Notes under the pieces: model-generated
The model's database searches: none
Told to the model about the DNA's origin: nothing
The model's input: only the letters and a program-made list of their open reading frames with translations
Shown: positions 13,671-28,033 of the stretch, in pieces
How positions within the stretch are numbered: position 1 is the first letter of the stretch
Layout: every line of letters starts with the position of its first letter
Made by a program: the position numbers and the translations under genes
NCBI RefSeq assembly: GCF_006345805.1
Contig: NC_043011.1
Location: 27,478,464-27,542,463, forward strand
Length of the DNA stretch: 64,000 nt
Direction of reading: 5' to 3'
Source: Octopus sinensis
Lineage: Eukaryota

Positions 13671-16600
13671 TTCTCGATATTTAAAGTTACTTGTTGTAGC
13701 CCGATAGGAGGGTTCTTGGCATCTAAGTCTACTTGTAGTTCGATGTTAGAATTCTTTTCTTTTCCAACAGTCTCATCTGTTGTGTGTATATGAAAATAAT
13801 AATAAAACGCCGAAACTCTAAACCTAGTGATCCATAAACTGCCTTCCTATATATACAAACGACTTAGTAATATTTCTGCAATGCTTTATATGTTTATCTT
13901 AATAAAAAAAATCCCTCAGAAAGAATACTGTGAAAACTAATATGGATGTATCATATTTTATCTATAACGATATAACTGAATGCTGTAGATAAAGAGGGTT
14001 CTGCGTATAACATAGATTGATTACGAAAAATGCTTTTGACTGTTTTCGCACCCATTTCTTGTATTCTGGAAATTTTAGCCATAAACAAGGAAGTGAGGGA
14101 TATAATAAGCATCTGCATGAAACAAGTTAAAGGAATAACAATTTATTGACATCACACAAGAAGGAAATCTATAAAGAAATACAATACTTATAATATGAAA
14201 CATTCAAAGTGAGCCCCCTTTTCCGCTCTTTTTATGTCTAGTATTATATTGCAAAATAACACATAAGTCCGAGGGTTCGATTCTTGGACTTAGCGGCGCG
14301 TTGTGGCCTTAAACAGGGAAGGTCATTTCATACTGCTTCAGTCTACTCTGTTGAACATTTGGACTAACCGAGTGACAATGCAGCTCTTTCCTCTTTCGAA
14401 TGTATAATCCTGGATGTGCCAAGTTAAAAGTAATAGAACCGAGAGTGTGGCTATGCTTACTGGTGATTACACAAGCACCTAAAGTAATTTGCGAAAGTAT
14501 GGTACATACTGCCAAGTCCGGTTATGTGTTACGTCACAGTATTAAGCTACATCCTGTATACGAGATCAATTTATTCTAGCTGCATTCAGTAAATAAATAA
14601 CTAATGGAAACGGAGCCATAATATAGGGAAATTGGCATGAAGATCGCTTTGGAAACTTATGCTAAATCCACATTGCAAATGCGATCTGTTTCTTTAACAA
14701 AAGGGAGATTGATAAAGAAACTAGAAATATCTTTTAGTTGAAGAAACAGATCACATTTGCAATTCACATTACGACACAAACGTATGATAACGGAAAAAAC
14801 CCTAGTAATTTGTTGCTGATTCAGACTCCAGCTCACCATAGACCTTCGACATTAATAGCCGAGTGCCGAAATATAACGAGACATATACAGCATTTCAGAA
14901 TGACGCTACTACAACATCAGTGAAGATATCACCGTCTTCAATTCTTCATTTCACGTGGTTCATAAATGAAGTATTGGATTTTGTGCTCTTGTAGACTCGT
15001 GCTATTCCGTTTTGGCTTGGTTGGCGTGATTAGATGATAGGTGAGGCCCTCGTTTATTCACTGTCACTGCCATTATGACATTCATCGATTTTCACGCTCT
15101 TTCCTCGTCCCGCTAATAGTTTGTGCAGCAATTTTAACAGCGATCGTTTACGTTTTCGTTGTCATTATGTCCATGTCACTCATTAAAAAACAGATCGATC
15201 ATAGACATTAAATCCGCAACCAGTTTAACAGCTTCCTACAAATGTTTACGACGGTCATCACAAACCAGGCATTTACCTCTGTTGATACTAGAACTCACTT
15301 GTCATTTGCTTCTACGCAGAGGTACGTGTTCATTTATTTTTATTTGATATCATACTTAGTTAACTATAACGTCATTGCCACTCAGTCAATCATCGGTTAT
15401 GCGACCATATATGACGTCGAGAGTAAGAGTGGCATAGGTGTGTCTGTGACTTGGTGCTGAACAAATTTTGTGAATACTTTCTTCAATGAACGCTGTTTTT
15501 ACTAGTTTTCTCGTTCATGTTTACATCTTTTGACGAAAGATACCCTTTCACATTGGAGGCTTCCGCCCACTTACCATTAACCAAATTACCCGAGCTAAGG
15601 CATTAGCTAGCATGAAGTCACTTCTCCGAGGTATCACGATTAAGGATGATCGAATTTTGATCCAACTGGAAGCGAAGGAAACTACTTAACTACACAGCCA
15701 AACCAACGTGGCAAGATTTCTGGCACTGTATTGCGTTGTAAGAAGTTTTCTTCGTCCATTATTCCGAAACAAAAGTTACGCCCACAAATCCAAAAGAGCC
15801 TCTTTCCTCTGCTTTTAAAGAGCAGGCTTAAAGTCATTTAAAATCCTTTTGTAATATAGACACAAGAACTGGAATTGTTGGTGGGAAGAGCTAGTCGATT
15901 TAATCGGAGGCATTTGAACTTAGAATGTTAAGAGTCGGAAGAAATATCGCGAAACGTTTTGTTCGTGGCGGTAATAATGCTCCCATCTCGCCTAGAATAA
16001 ATTGTGATCTAAACATTATTATCCCATCATTTTTATTAGATCACATTACCCGAAGTGGTCTTTATTTTCAAAATGGTATTTTGTCTTTTATAGTTCAGTC
16101 AGAGAAAAGCACTTGTAGCTTCATCCAAAGAGTCCGGGAAAACTAGGAAGAAGTTGAATCCTCTAAATAAACCCAAGGAGCAGATGGTGTTGTTAAACTG
16201 TGTAATACATTAAATTCTCGAATGGAAGTATAGTCGGTACTTTTATGTCAGTATCGGCTTCATTTAAGATGTACAGGAATTGTAGGAAGAAGTTATTATC
16301 AAAACGTAGTAGACCCGAATGCTTGCAACTCAAGCGTCAAATGGCGTTGCTAAATAGAACAACAGAATAAATTCTTGAATGAAGATATAGTTGTCATTTT
16401 TACGATGTTGAGGAACTACGCACAGCCCAGTTGGTAGACACAACCCACACTGTTCCATTATACATGGTGTGAGTTTCTGAATGGGTTTGTCGTTTGACCA
16501 AGGCATCAACATATAACTCTTTATCATTGGTAAACAAAATTCCTAGATCCTTGCCGGCTTATGGTTCCAACTTGCCAATATTTGTGGTCATAATTTTGAC

Positions 16601-17769
16601 TACTACGTGTATTCGAGTCTCTTTCCTTATCATCCATCCCAGAACTGTTGTTTTTGTATATTTCTTCGTGACATGTTTTTCTCCCGGTATCACCTCTGTC
16701 ATTGCTGTCTCTGCCGATGCTGTTATTGCAACCATTATCACAGATATTTACATTTCTGTTATCGATTTTGTTCTTAGTGTTGTCATTATAGTCTATATTT
16801 TTGAGAGAGTTTGATGTTAATTGATGATATTAATGCTATTGTTTAGGCTTTCGTTTGCTACATTAGTATTTTCTTTATCCACACCTTCAGCGACTTGTTT
16901 GAGAGTCCTGTGACGCCTCTAGAAGCAGCAGCAACATCACCACCATCACCACCACCACCACAGCTAGCAGCATTTCTTCTTACAATGTATTGACCACCGC
17001 AAGGCTACTGTAAAGAAATTTTTGCGTAACGTGTCGCGCCGTGGTTCCCAATCAAACTTCTTAAACAGTTATGCTTTATCTTAAATTGAAGGAAATAAAT
17101 ACAATAGACTAGTCAAATAGGAATTACTACAACATATAGCTATCTGCAGAAAATTCATTAGGGATAATAACTATAGTATTCTCTAATTCATAAATATAAT
17201 GGCAAACATGTCTGGAGAGAAACTACTAACGTAGGAGGTATACAATTCTTTCTCGATTCAATCTCAATACGCGTCTTCTAAGACAATTGTATTCTACCCC
17301 AACCTAGAGTCGACTAATACAGTATAGTACAGGGAAACTGCGCGGGCACTCGTCATATGCAGACATACACGTTATATGCAGCAAACACAAAAAACCCTGT
17401 TCGTGTATGTATTAACGAATGGCATTAGTCAAGAGCTTGAGCCCACACTGATGGAATGTTAAGTGAGCTACCGGAAAAATCAGTGGTAAGATTTACCTCG
17501 ATGTTATTTCATCTCACAGAGTAGAGCGAGGGAACAAATGATGCAAAGTAACCTCTCAGTTGCTCTAATAATCCAGTCTATTCGTCGCTTCTATACTCGC
17601 ATGCCTAGACATGCGTATCGACTTTCACACGCATCTCTTTCTCGTGCCCTCTCTCGTTCATGTATATATACATGTATATATACACACAAACATACACGCA
17701 TACATTCACACGCGCGCACACGCACACACACATACATATGTATCAATACAAATATCCTTACCCCTTCGT

Positions 17770-18350
17770 CAGAGGATCCTTCAGGCCTTCTGTCGTCTCC
17801 AGCTAGATCCCACCACCCACCCCATTTTCCCCAACCCACCCTTGTTCTCCTTTAAACGTGCCCGTAACCTACGCGATCTACTGGTCCGTCGCATCTTCTC
17901 CTTGCCCCCAGCCCTAGCTGGATCGTTCCCTTGCTCTAGATCCTGCTGTCACATCTGCCTTTTCATCACCAACACCACCTCCCTCACTGTATCCAACCAG
18001 CACACTGTATCCAACCAGCATTAGAAACTCCTTCTCCTGCACCTCTTCAAGCCTTATCTATTGTATTAGATGTAATCTCTATAATAAACTCTAAGTTGGT
18101 CAGACGGGCCGCCGGCGGGCCGATCGGTTCACCGAACATCTAATAGATGTTCGGATACGCACGAACACCCCCGTCGCCCGTCATTTCAACTTCGCCAACC
18201 ACTCCCCTTCTAATATCTCCGCCTTTGGCCTCTCTCTGCACAACGAATCCACTTACTCGCGACTCCGCCTGGAACAGCATTACATTTTCAGTCAACAAGC
18301 ACAAATTCCTTTCGGACTCAACACAACTCCCTCCTCGTAACGACGGTCCC
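17770..18350 (+). pseudogene. Penelope-like element relic, GIY-YIG endonuclease region
   Basis: PPLFSFKRARNLRDLLVR...SFSCTSSSLIYCIRC...*VGQTGRRRADRFTEHL, with a stop and an 18-bp duplication. Confidence 0.8.
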
Positions 18351-18694
18351 TAAAAATTCCTTAAAAAAAGCAAGTTTTTATTTTATTTTATCCTCTCTTA
18401 TACCCACTTACTTTTTACAGTTACCATCTTATCAATTTTTTATCGTTTTCTTTCCGTCGAATGTTTTAAATTATTATTTGCATTATTTTTTATAATTGTA
18501 TTAATTTCTATTTTATCCCTTTAATTTTTAATATTTCATTTTTATATTTTATCTTGCATCTGTTCATTTTTGTAATTTTTTACATCTTGTACCCTTTCTC
18601 CTATTCCCCACCTTTATTTATCGATCCTTTTTACTATATTAGATTTTATTTCTGCACACACGCGCACACACATACACACACGTACCTACACACA

Positions 18695-18760
<66 letters not shown>

Positions 18761-18764
<4 letters not shown>

Positions 18765-18908
18765 ATCCGCTACCAAATCCACTCGCAAGATTTTGGTCGG
18801 CCCGAGGCTATAGTTGAAAGCACTTGCCCAAGGTGCCACGCAGTGGGAATGAAACCGGAACCATGTGGCTGGTAAGCAAGCTATTTACCACAAAGCCACC
18901 CCTGTGCC
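18761..18908 (-). mobile_element. SINE family B head portion
   Basis: match to the 2576 copy. Confidence 0.75.
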
Positions 18909-19182
18909 TATAAATATGAAAATAGTTTGAAAGAAAGCAGTTGATTAGTCCGGTCGATACTTGACCTGCACACTTTTTTATCGGCCTCTGAAGGATAAAC
19001 AGGTAAATTAAAACTAGCGAGTTGTGAACCCTGAACGTAAAGGTATGTGAATTAACTATATAAGGAATTGCATCCGACGGTATATCGATTCTTCGAATAT
19101 TTTACTCTTCTCGCCTTCATACTAAGAAGAAAACGCAAAAGGAGAGCAAAATAGAGACGATGTAATGATATTTATGATGAGA

Positions 19183-19228
<46 letters not shown>

Positions 19229-21257
19229 CGACGACGACGATGGTAAGGATGATGATGGTGAATAAGATCATGTGAGAGAAGTGATAGATTATCGAAATCC
19301 TCACGATTATCTTCATAGCATGGAAGAGAAGAAAGAGAAGAAAAAGAGAAGAAAAGAAAAGAAGACGATGAAGGTGTGAGAAGAGGGGAAGGAGAAGATG
19401 AATGACTACAGCGGCAGAAATAGTGTAGAGAGAAATGATATTTGAAAGAAGGACAGTGTTAACAAATGGAAACTGGCAGAGAGAGGTTTTGTATCAAATA
19501 TATTGGTATTCGAAAACGAAATAGGAACAACTCGAGAAGATGGATAATAAATAATCTTAATAAATTCGTATCCTATTATTCTTAACAACATATTTAAACA
19601 CAAAGGATAGAGTAGTTGCGAAACCTAAGAAAGAGGCACAAGAGAAATCCGATTCAGAAAGAGGGATGAATGGAATGAGATACGGAGAAAATTGGCAGTT
19701 ATTTTAATACAAGTGAATCGCTAATACTGAGATTAATGTGAGTTTGATGGTCCGATAAAGGAATGCTGAGATATCAGGGTAAAAGGAATAACAAAAAAAT
19801 GCCTATAGTATTAGGCTTGAAAAGATCAGGAAGCGATCGGTAATGAAGAGATATTCTGAGTGAATGTTGAATTAGATCAGAATATATTGTACTCCTCACA
19901 CTTGTCACAATTATTTAATATTCTACACTGTGAAAACGAAGACAGCGAAGAAATAATTCACGTTCAGATTTGTATGGAAGATATACAAAAGAGCTTAAGG
20001 CATAGGAATTCTCGAATCTTGAAAGTCAACGTAGTTTGTAGGTGGATAGTGAGAGAGACCGAACGAGAAAGAGGGAGAAAGAGGGGAAGAGACATAGAGT
20101 GAGAAAAGGGAGACAGAGAGGAAAAGAGACAGAAAAACTTTTGGTATCTGCAGAAATCAAGTACTCTGCAATGGAAGAATCTACACTGAAGAGATCTAAC
20201 ATATATCATCACTTTAGTGAAAAAATCTTGATAATTTTTCTTTTGTGATTGTTGAGAGCTCACACAGGTGTGTGTTTTTAAGTATATACTGTTATCTCAA
20301 GTGCAATTCTCTTCAAAATATTTTCCAGTGTTGAAAAGGAATAGCTGAATTATTAATGGAATCGAAGCATATATATATAAATATCCGTGTGTATAAAACT
20401 GTGACAATATAACGCAATATATAAGCAATATAGAACTACAATGAATATTGGTATTGTGATTGTTGGCCTATAAGTTCTTAAATTCTATATCACTTAGGTT
20501 GATGTATTGCGAAACCACAAAAATGTCTATAAAAATATTAGAAACCTGCATACAACAAGACTGAACTAATGTATTCCATGGAGGTCAGCACTGTTAGATT
20601 TGTTCATGCTTCAGCAATATACATGGTATGAATAAACAATCGTGCCCTATTCTTAAGATTTCTGTCAGTCTACTAATATCAAGTTTCGACATAAGGTGGT
20701 GAGCTGGCAAAATTGATAATAACACTGAGCAAAATACTTCGCGGCATTTCGCCCGTCTTTACGGAGTTCAAATACAATCACAAGTAAATACGCCCAACCA
20801 GAAATAGGGAGAATAGAAAAAGAGCCCGTCAGGGTATTTATGGTGGGAGAAAACTAGGCTGAAAGCTACAAATGCTTTAATTCTCCTCCATGGAATGTTG
20901 AAGAATTTACAGGTTTTATACAATTGTTGAATTAAAAATGTATTTTATAGAATATTTGTAGAGCGACAAGAGAGGAGAGTTCTAATCTAAATTAAATGGT
21001 GGTCTCTCATCCGGTTGATAAGCGGTCGCATTATATCTCTTTCTATTCATTAATGCATGTTTGTATGCATTTATGCACACACACAGATACATTCGTGTAT
21101 GTTGCCAAATGGATGTACTGTATAATGAAGTGATGAGCTTCGGATGCCCCGAGGAGACCCCATGCTGCGGCCTCCTACATTTATAGGTATATGGGATGTC
21201 CTTATAAGTACTATTATTACATGTAATTAAAATAAATAGTTGTTGCTGTTTGTTTGT

Positions 21258-21552
21258 TCCTTCTCGATCCATGGCTGGTTCATAAGGGCCGGTTTCCCGG
21301 TTTCCTTGGCGTATAGGTTCCCCACCTGGACGGGACGCCCGTCCATCGCAGGTGAGCTGCTAGATGCAGGAGTAAAGAGTGAGAGAAAGTTGTGGCGAAA
21401 GAGTCAGCAGAAGTTCGCCATTACCTTCTGCCGGAGCCGCGTGGAGCTTAGGTGTTTCGCTCATGAACACACACATCACCCGGTCTGAGATTCGAACTCC
21501 TGATCCCTCGACCACGAGACCGCTGCTCTAACCACTAGGCCGTGTGCCTCCA
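21258..21552 (-). mobile_element. SINE (head D + tail 1 variant)
   Basis: match to the 5714 copy. Confidence 0.8.
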
Positions 21553-22249
21553 CAATTAAAATAAATTAATCTGCCTTAATATATTACAAACTGTCTTTGC
21601 TCCAATCACATTTATATATAACTATGTATATAAGAATATATTTATGGAACACCGTACTAACGTGTTTTTTTCTTTATTTTTGCTTACATGATTTTGCTCT
21701 AGTCGCAATAAAAGATATCCTTCTCTTCTTCCTCCTCCTCCTCATTTTCATCGACCTCCACCTCTTCCTCCTCATGATATCCATCATCAACTTTATCCTC
21801 TTCCTCTTTCACATCAAAATCATTGTCATCGTCAACAACTTCATTCATTGTAAAGCATTTCAATACCACAGACTACCATCAAAATGGAAAGAAATGAAGA
21901 TAACTTAATAAGGATGTTGACGATTAAAAAAAAAGTCATAGAGTAATAATTCGTTATACGTTCTTAGAATTTTACGTCAGTCGCAAAGATATGGAAATTT
22001 TGTTGGGTCAATGGCGCCATCTGCGAAGAAACTAACATCGCTGATAACATGATTCGATTTAGACACCTCTTTGTGTATATATGTCTTCTGTGGTGTCTCA
22101 GGTCTTGTGTGTATATTGAACATAATACTTCTTTTTTCCTCCCCGTCGTCCCCCTCCACTTCCTTCTCCTCGTCCACCCCCTCGTCGTCGTCCTCCTACT
22201 CCTCGTCCACCACCTCGTTGTCCTCATCTTCCTCTTCCTCCTCGTCCTT

Positions 22250-22408
22250 CCTCCTCTTCCTCCTCAACCTCCTATCCTTCCTTCCTTCCTTCTTTCCTTC
22301 CTTCCTTCCTTCTTTCCTTCCTTCCTTCCTTCCTTCCTTCCTTCCTTCTTTCCTTCCTTCCTTCCTTCCTTCCTTCCTTCCTTCCTTCTTTCCTTCCTTC
22401 CTTTTTTC

Positions 22409-22453
<45 letters not shown>

Positions 22454-22465
22454 ATGCTGCTGCTG

Positions 22466-22519
<54 letters not shown>

Positions 22520-22520
22520 G
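22250..22520. repeat. (CCTT)n and (CTA)n microsatellites
   Basis: seen directly. Confidence 0.95.
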
Positions 22521-22896
22521 GAAAGGCAGCGAGCTTGCAGAATTATTAGCACGCCGAGCAAAATGCGTTGCGGCATTTCGTCCGTCTTTACGTTATGAGT
22601 TCAAATTCCATTGAGGTTGATTTTGCCTTTTATCTTTTCTAAGTACCAGTTGAACACTGAAGGTCACTGTAATCGACTTAGCCCTAACATCGAAATTACT
22701 GCTTGTGTGACACAAAATTTGAAAGCGAAGACATAGTAGTAGTTGCTGTATTATGCACGCGTGATGAGAGTTTAACCAAAGCAACAACAACAACAGCAAC
22801 AACAACAATAATAATAATAATAATAATTATTATTATTATAATAATAATGAAATTAATAATAATAATAATTATAATAATAATGAAATTAATAATAAC

Positions 22897-22947
<51 letters not shown>

Positions 22948-23375
22948 CCTTTTCTATTATAGGCACAAGCCCTCAAATTTTTTGGGAGAGTGCTAGTCGA
23001 TTGTAACGACCCCAGTGTTTCATTGGTACTTAATTTATGGACCCCGTATGGATGAAAGGCATAGTCGACCTCGCGGAATTTGAACTCAGAACGTAGCGCC
23101 AGACGAAATACCGCTCAGCATTTTATCCGGCATGCCAACGGTTCTGCCAGCTCGCAATGAATTAGCAATGATCCTTTCTACTATAAGCACAAGGCCTGAC
23201 ATGTTGGGGGAGGTGAAAGTTGATTATATTAAGCCCAGTATTCAACTGGTACGCATGCTATCAACTTCCAAAAGATGAAAGGCAAAGTCGACCCCGGCGG
23301 AATTTGAACTCAAAACGTAAAGACGTATTAAATGTCATTAAGCATTTTGCCCGGCCTTCTAACAATTCTGCTAGC
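22519..23375. mobile_element. three SINE family E copies (22519-22720 +, 22946-23154 -, 23170-23375 -)
   Basis: shared gaatttgaactc / gtcgaccccggcgg motifs. Confidence 0.7.
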
Positions 23376-23847
23376 AATTTGAATGGAATGCCAGCTTTGT
23401 CTTTCGCAAACACCTTGTACAACAAACGAGCTTTGGATATGGATAAATTTAACGAAAGAAAGTTCACCTGTCAGCAATATAATACAAAAACGCATTATGT
23501 TGCTGCCAAGTAAAGTTTCAGTTTTCACCTGGAGCTATCACAATTTAGCGAAAGAGAAAGAAAGTGACGGTGATGTGCGTTACCAGAGTCACATCGAAAT
23601 TTATTTGTCATACCTTTACAAATGTTAATGGCAGCACTCGCGAACATGAGGCGTGAGATTTTCTACATCGACCGAAGAAGGCAATAGCGTACCATATGGG
23701 ACTTTTTGTATAAATGGAAACAAAATAGAGGTTCAATCCAAGTTAGTGCGTCTCACACCAGCCCATATAATTCTACAGTGTATGGGACGCAGAAATACTG
23801 AGGCGACATTGATACATGTCTGATAGTTACTTCCAAAGCATAATACA

Positions 23848-24263
23848 TATTTCTTTACTGCCCACAAGGGGCTAAACACAGAGGGGATAAACAAGGACAG
23901 ACAAAGGGAGTAAGTCGATTACATCGACCCCAGTGCGAAATTGGTACTTTATTTATCGACCCCGAAAGGATGAAAGGCAAAGTCGACCTCGGCGGGATTT
24001 GAACTCAGAACGGAACGACAGACGAAATACCTATTTCTTTACTACCCACAAGGGGCTAAACACAGAGAGGACAAACAAGGACAGACAAACGGATTAAGTC
24101 GATTACATCGACCCCAGTGCAAAACTGGTACTTTATTTATCGACCCCGAAAGGATGAAAGGCAAAGTCGACCTCGGCGGAATTTGAACTCAGAACGTAAC
24201 GACAGACGAAATACCGCTAAGCATTTCATCCGGCGCGCTAAAGTTTCTGCCAGCTAGCCGCCT
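23848..24263 (-). mobile_element. SINE family C dimer with TSD
   Basis: two 184-bp units; 17-bp TSD with 2 mismatches at 23831-23847 and 24264-24280. Confidence 0.9.
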
Positions 24264-25373
24264 TTCCAAAACATAATATATGCAGTTTGTCAGTGCTGAC
24301 TTGACATTTAGCAGAAAGCAGTTAGGTGTTCATCCTCAGGATCTAAGTGCCTTCCATACTTCCAGAAAAATAAAAACAAAACGAGATTGTGGATTAGTGC
24401 CTTGAGTGTGTGTTGGTAGAAAAGATTAACGACATTTTCTTAAAGAAAAACGCATTGAGAGAAACAAAAAGAAAAATAATGACAGCTGAACAAAATACGT
24501 TAACAAGTACAATAAAAATATTGTTTTAAGTGTTATTAATATGTGAGTGTTACAGGACATTTGTTGGTTCTCGGAAAGGAGATAAAAAACCAAAAAGTTA
24601 GACAGAGTGGTCACAAGTAAAAGGAGCTCTATTGAAGTAAGGAGAAGCAGAAAACATACTGTTTGACGTAAAACGAAGAGATATTCCATATACTATGGAG
24701 GGAACTATGTAAGGAAATATTGGCGATATATCGCCCTTTGCGTGTTCCATAGAACTGCTCGGGACGTATCACTGTGTATGTCTTATATTTAAAACTGAGG
24801 GAAGCGAGAAAACAAAGTTCCATACAGGAAGGTACTAGAATATATTAGAAGACGAAACAGGGATTACAGTCTGGGATATTGCTATGAAGGTCACCTTTGC
24901 TGTGAAACACGAGCGTCTGATGAATGCAGAGGTGACAAGAAACAGCTTGTAGTCAGCTGAGTTGTACATGGACATGCAGATTCTGTTGAAGCTCCGAAGA
25001 CAACAGGGCTAACAATGTATATCTTCCTGAAAAATTCAGTAACTTCTAAACTGGAGTTGGGACAGCATGTTCTTTGTCTATCTCCTTATAATTACTATAA
25101 TTATACTAATATGTCCATCTGTTTTAATTTAATTAAATTCTATGTAATTGTGCAGCTGAAGATTGCTCTGCATTTTAAATCGATGAAATGATTGCATTGT
25201 TCAATTAAATGGAGTTGCATGAAACCATTGTACTGCATTAATCTGGATATCCTTATTGCTTATTTTGATTTTAATCATCTTACTTTGAAATTGCATAGAG
25301 ATTACCGTACTAAATTCTGGTGCCTCAACTTAAGTACCATGTTCATCTGCTGAACTCATCTATCATACCCAAA

Positions 25374-25407
<34 letters not shown>

Positions 25408-25409
<2 letters not shown>

Positions 25410-25600
25410 CGGGAAGCTTTATGAAAATAAACAAAATACGAAGGCAGGTGGAATAAAAACAAACAATTGTATTAGTATGGTGCTCAGGAATATAAATAAA
25501 ACAAGTCTTTTACGTTTAGAGCCTACGCTCTTCAACAGAAAGATACACAGAAAAGAAACACGGAGAGAAACAAGGAGAGAAAAAAAATGCGTGCAGAAGC
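25408..25600 (-). mobile_element. solo PLE pseudo-LTR fragment with degenerate HHR motif
   Basis: minus strand tcttt ctgttga a gagc gtag gctc taaa cg ta aaaga (25506-25543); abuts (TA)n. Confidence 0.55.
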
Positions 25601-25689
25601 TACCGAATCAACATGGCGATATATATATATATATATATATTGCATACCCCCCCACACACACACACTCACACACACATATGTATATTTCT

Positions 25690-26072
25690 TTTATTCTTTT
25701 ACTTGCTTCAGTCATTTGACTACGGCTATGCCTTTAGTCGAAGAAATCGACCTCACGACTTATTCTATTTAAGCCTAGTGCTTATTCTGCAGGGTCTTTT
25801 TGTCGAATCGCTACGTTATTGGGACGTAAACACACCAACATCAGTTGTCAGGCGATGGAGGGTGGAGAAACACACACACACACACACACATGCATACACA
25901 CACACACGTTCGTATATACACGACAGGCCCCTTTCAGTTTCCCTCTGACAAATCCACTTACAAGGCTTTGGTCGGCCCGAGGCTATAGTAGAAGGCACTT
26001 ACCCAAGGTGCCACACAATTGGACTAAATCCAGAACCATGTAGTTGGGAAGCAAGCTTCTCAACACACAGCC
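25690..26072 (-). mobile_element. SINE family B
   Basis: match to the 2576 copy. Confidence 0.8.
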
Positions 26073-26086
26073 TGTTATATATATAC

Positions 26087-26173
<87 letters not shown>

Positions 26174-26180
26174 TTAAAAG

Positions 26181-26499
26181 ACTCCGCCGGTTACGACGAC
26201 GAGGGTCCCAGCTGATACGATCAACGGAACAGCTTGCTCGTGAAATTAACGTGCAAATGGCTGAGCATTCCACAGACACGTGTACCCTTAGCGTAGTTCT
26301 CGGGGATAATCAGCGTGACACAGAGAGTGACAAGGCTGACCCTTTAAAATACAAGTACAACTCATTTTTGCCAGCTGAGTGGACTGGAGCAACGTGAAAT
26401 AAAGTGTCTTGCTCAAGGACACAACGCGTCGCCGGGAATCGAACTCACAACCTTACGATCATGAGCCGAATGCCCTAACCACTAAGCCACGCGCCCTCA
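26181..26499 (-). mobile_element. SINE (head A + tail 3)
   Basis: head as at 1033; tail as at 7551. Confidence 0.85.
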
Positions 26500-27128
26500 C
26501 TGCATATTTATATATATAGATAGATAGATAGATATAGGTATATATGTATACATATAACTTGTATACATATATGCATAGCATAATCGTTGAATGAATGATC
26601 AAAGAGATCAGAAATGGAAGTTAGTTGAATACGAGTTAAATATAACTGTGGAGGGAAAGCTATATTTTAGAGATTTAATGCCTTAACATAGAAACTCGCC
26701 TTTCACCACCTCAGTAAATAGAAGCTGTTGAATTAGTGGAAGATGACAATCTTCTCTAAAGAATTAAACATAAACACACACACACATACACAAACACACA
26801 AACATACACATACACGTATGTATATATATATATATGTATATATTTTCTTATTCATGCATTTTCACATAGAGAGTGGTATACACTTACATACACAAGCGCA
26901 CACATCATGCATACAAACTTATACTAAGATAGATGCAAATACATGCGATTCTGTGTGAATAAATCCTGTGAGGAATTATTTCACTCGCCATTAACATCAC
27001 ACATAACAGCCAACAGATAAAAGTAGAAAGAGAAGTATGAACCACAGTAAAGACAACAGAAACAAGAATGACTACAATTATAATATGCATAATGATACGA
27101 ATAATAATGACATAAATATTAGCGAATT

Positions 27129-27637
27129 GTCGAGGCGCAATGGCCCAGTGGTTAGAGCAGCGGACTCGCGGTCATAGGATCGCTGTTTCGATTCCCAGAC
27201 CGGGCATTGTGAGTGTTTATTGAGCGAAAACATCTAAAGCTCCACGAGGCTCCGGCAGGGGTTGGTGGTGAACCCTGCCGAACTCTTTTACCACAACTTT
27301 CTCTTACTCTTCCTTCCTGTTTCTGTTGTATCTGTATTTCAAAGGGCCAGCCTTGTCACACTCTGTGTCACGCTGAATGTCCCTGAGAACTACGTTAAGT
27401 GTACACGTATCTGTGGAGTGCTCGGGCACTTGCACGTTTATAAATGAGCTGCGACGTCACTGGTGCCAAGCTGTATCGGCCATTGCCTTTCCCTTGGATA
27501 ACATCGGTGGCGTGGAGAGGGAAGGCTGGTATGCGTGGGCGACTGCTGGTTTTCCATAAACAACCTTGCCCAGACTTGTGCCTCGGAGGGTAACTTTCTA
27601 GGTGCAATCCCATGGTCATTCATGACCGAAGGGGGTC
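27129..27637 (+). mobile_element. chimeric SINE (head D + partial tail 3 + tail 2)
   Basis: tail switch at cacttgcacgtt|tataaatgagctgcgacg near 27440. Confidence 0.8.
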
Positions 27638-28033
27638 ACAACACAACAAATATTACCGAATGAAGCGCTGAATAATGAGATAAATAATAACGGAATATGC
27701 TATTGGCTGCGAGTTCTGAAGACGTTGGAGGTCAGTATAGAGGGTAAATACAGATCAAATACCAAGGAGGATTTACCTCGAGTAAAATGTCAGATCAACA
27801 TAGCAACAAAGCCATTATGAATTGATAATGAATATTAATCTATATTGTATGGAACAAACAAAACGAAAGGGTCGAGAATGGATCATCCAAAAGGATGGAG
27901 GAATAACTTTAGAAGATGATACGGAGAAGCTGGAAAACGGCATCTGGTTACTCAATTCAGCATGGACAAGCGGCTCATTTCAGTTTTTTGGCGTGAACAT
28001 AGAGCTGCGATGTTAGAGAAGAATCACTTAAGT

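Noticed and set aside
21964-22996. ORFs of 66-166 aa
   Set aside because: Derived from (CCT)n, (CCTT)n, (CTA)n and (AAT)n microsatellites.
23380-23800. Faint resemblance to a piggyBac transposase C-terminus
   Set aside because: Too few motif residues and many stops; not supportable without a search.
24917-24950. CTGATGA...GAAA spacing
   Set aside because: No helix II or helix I pairing.
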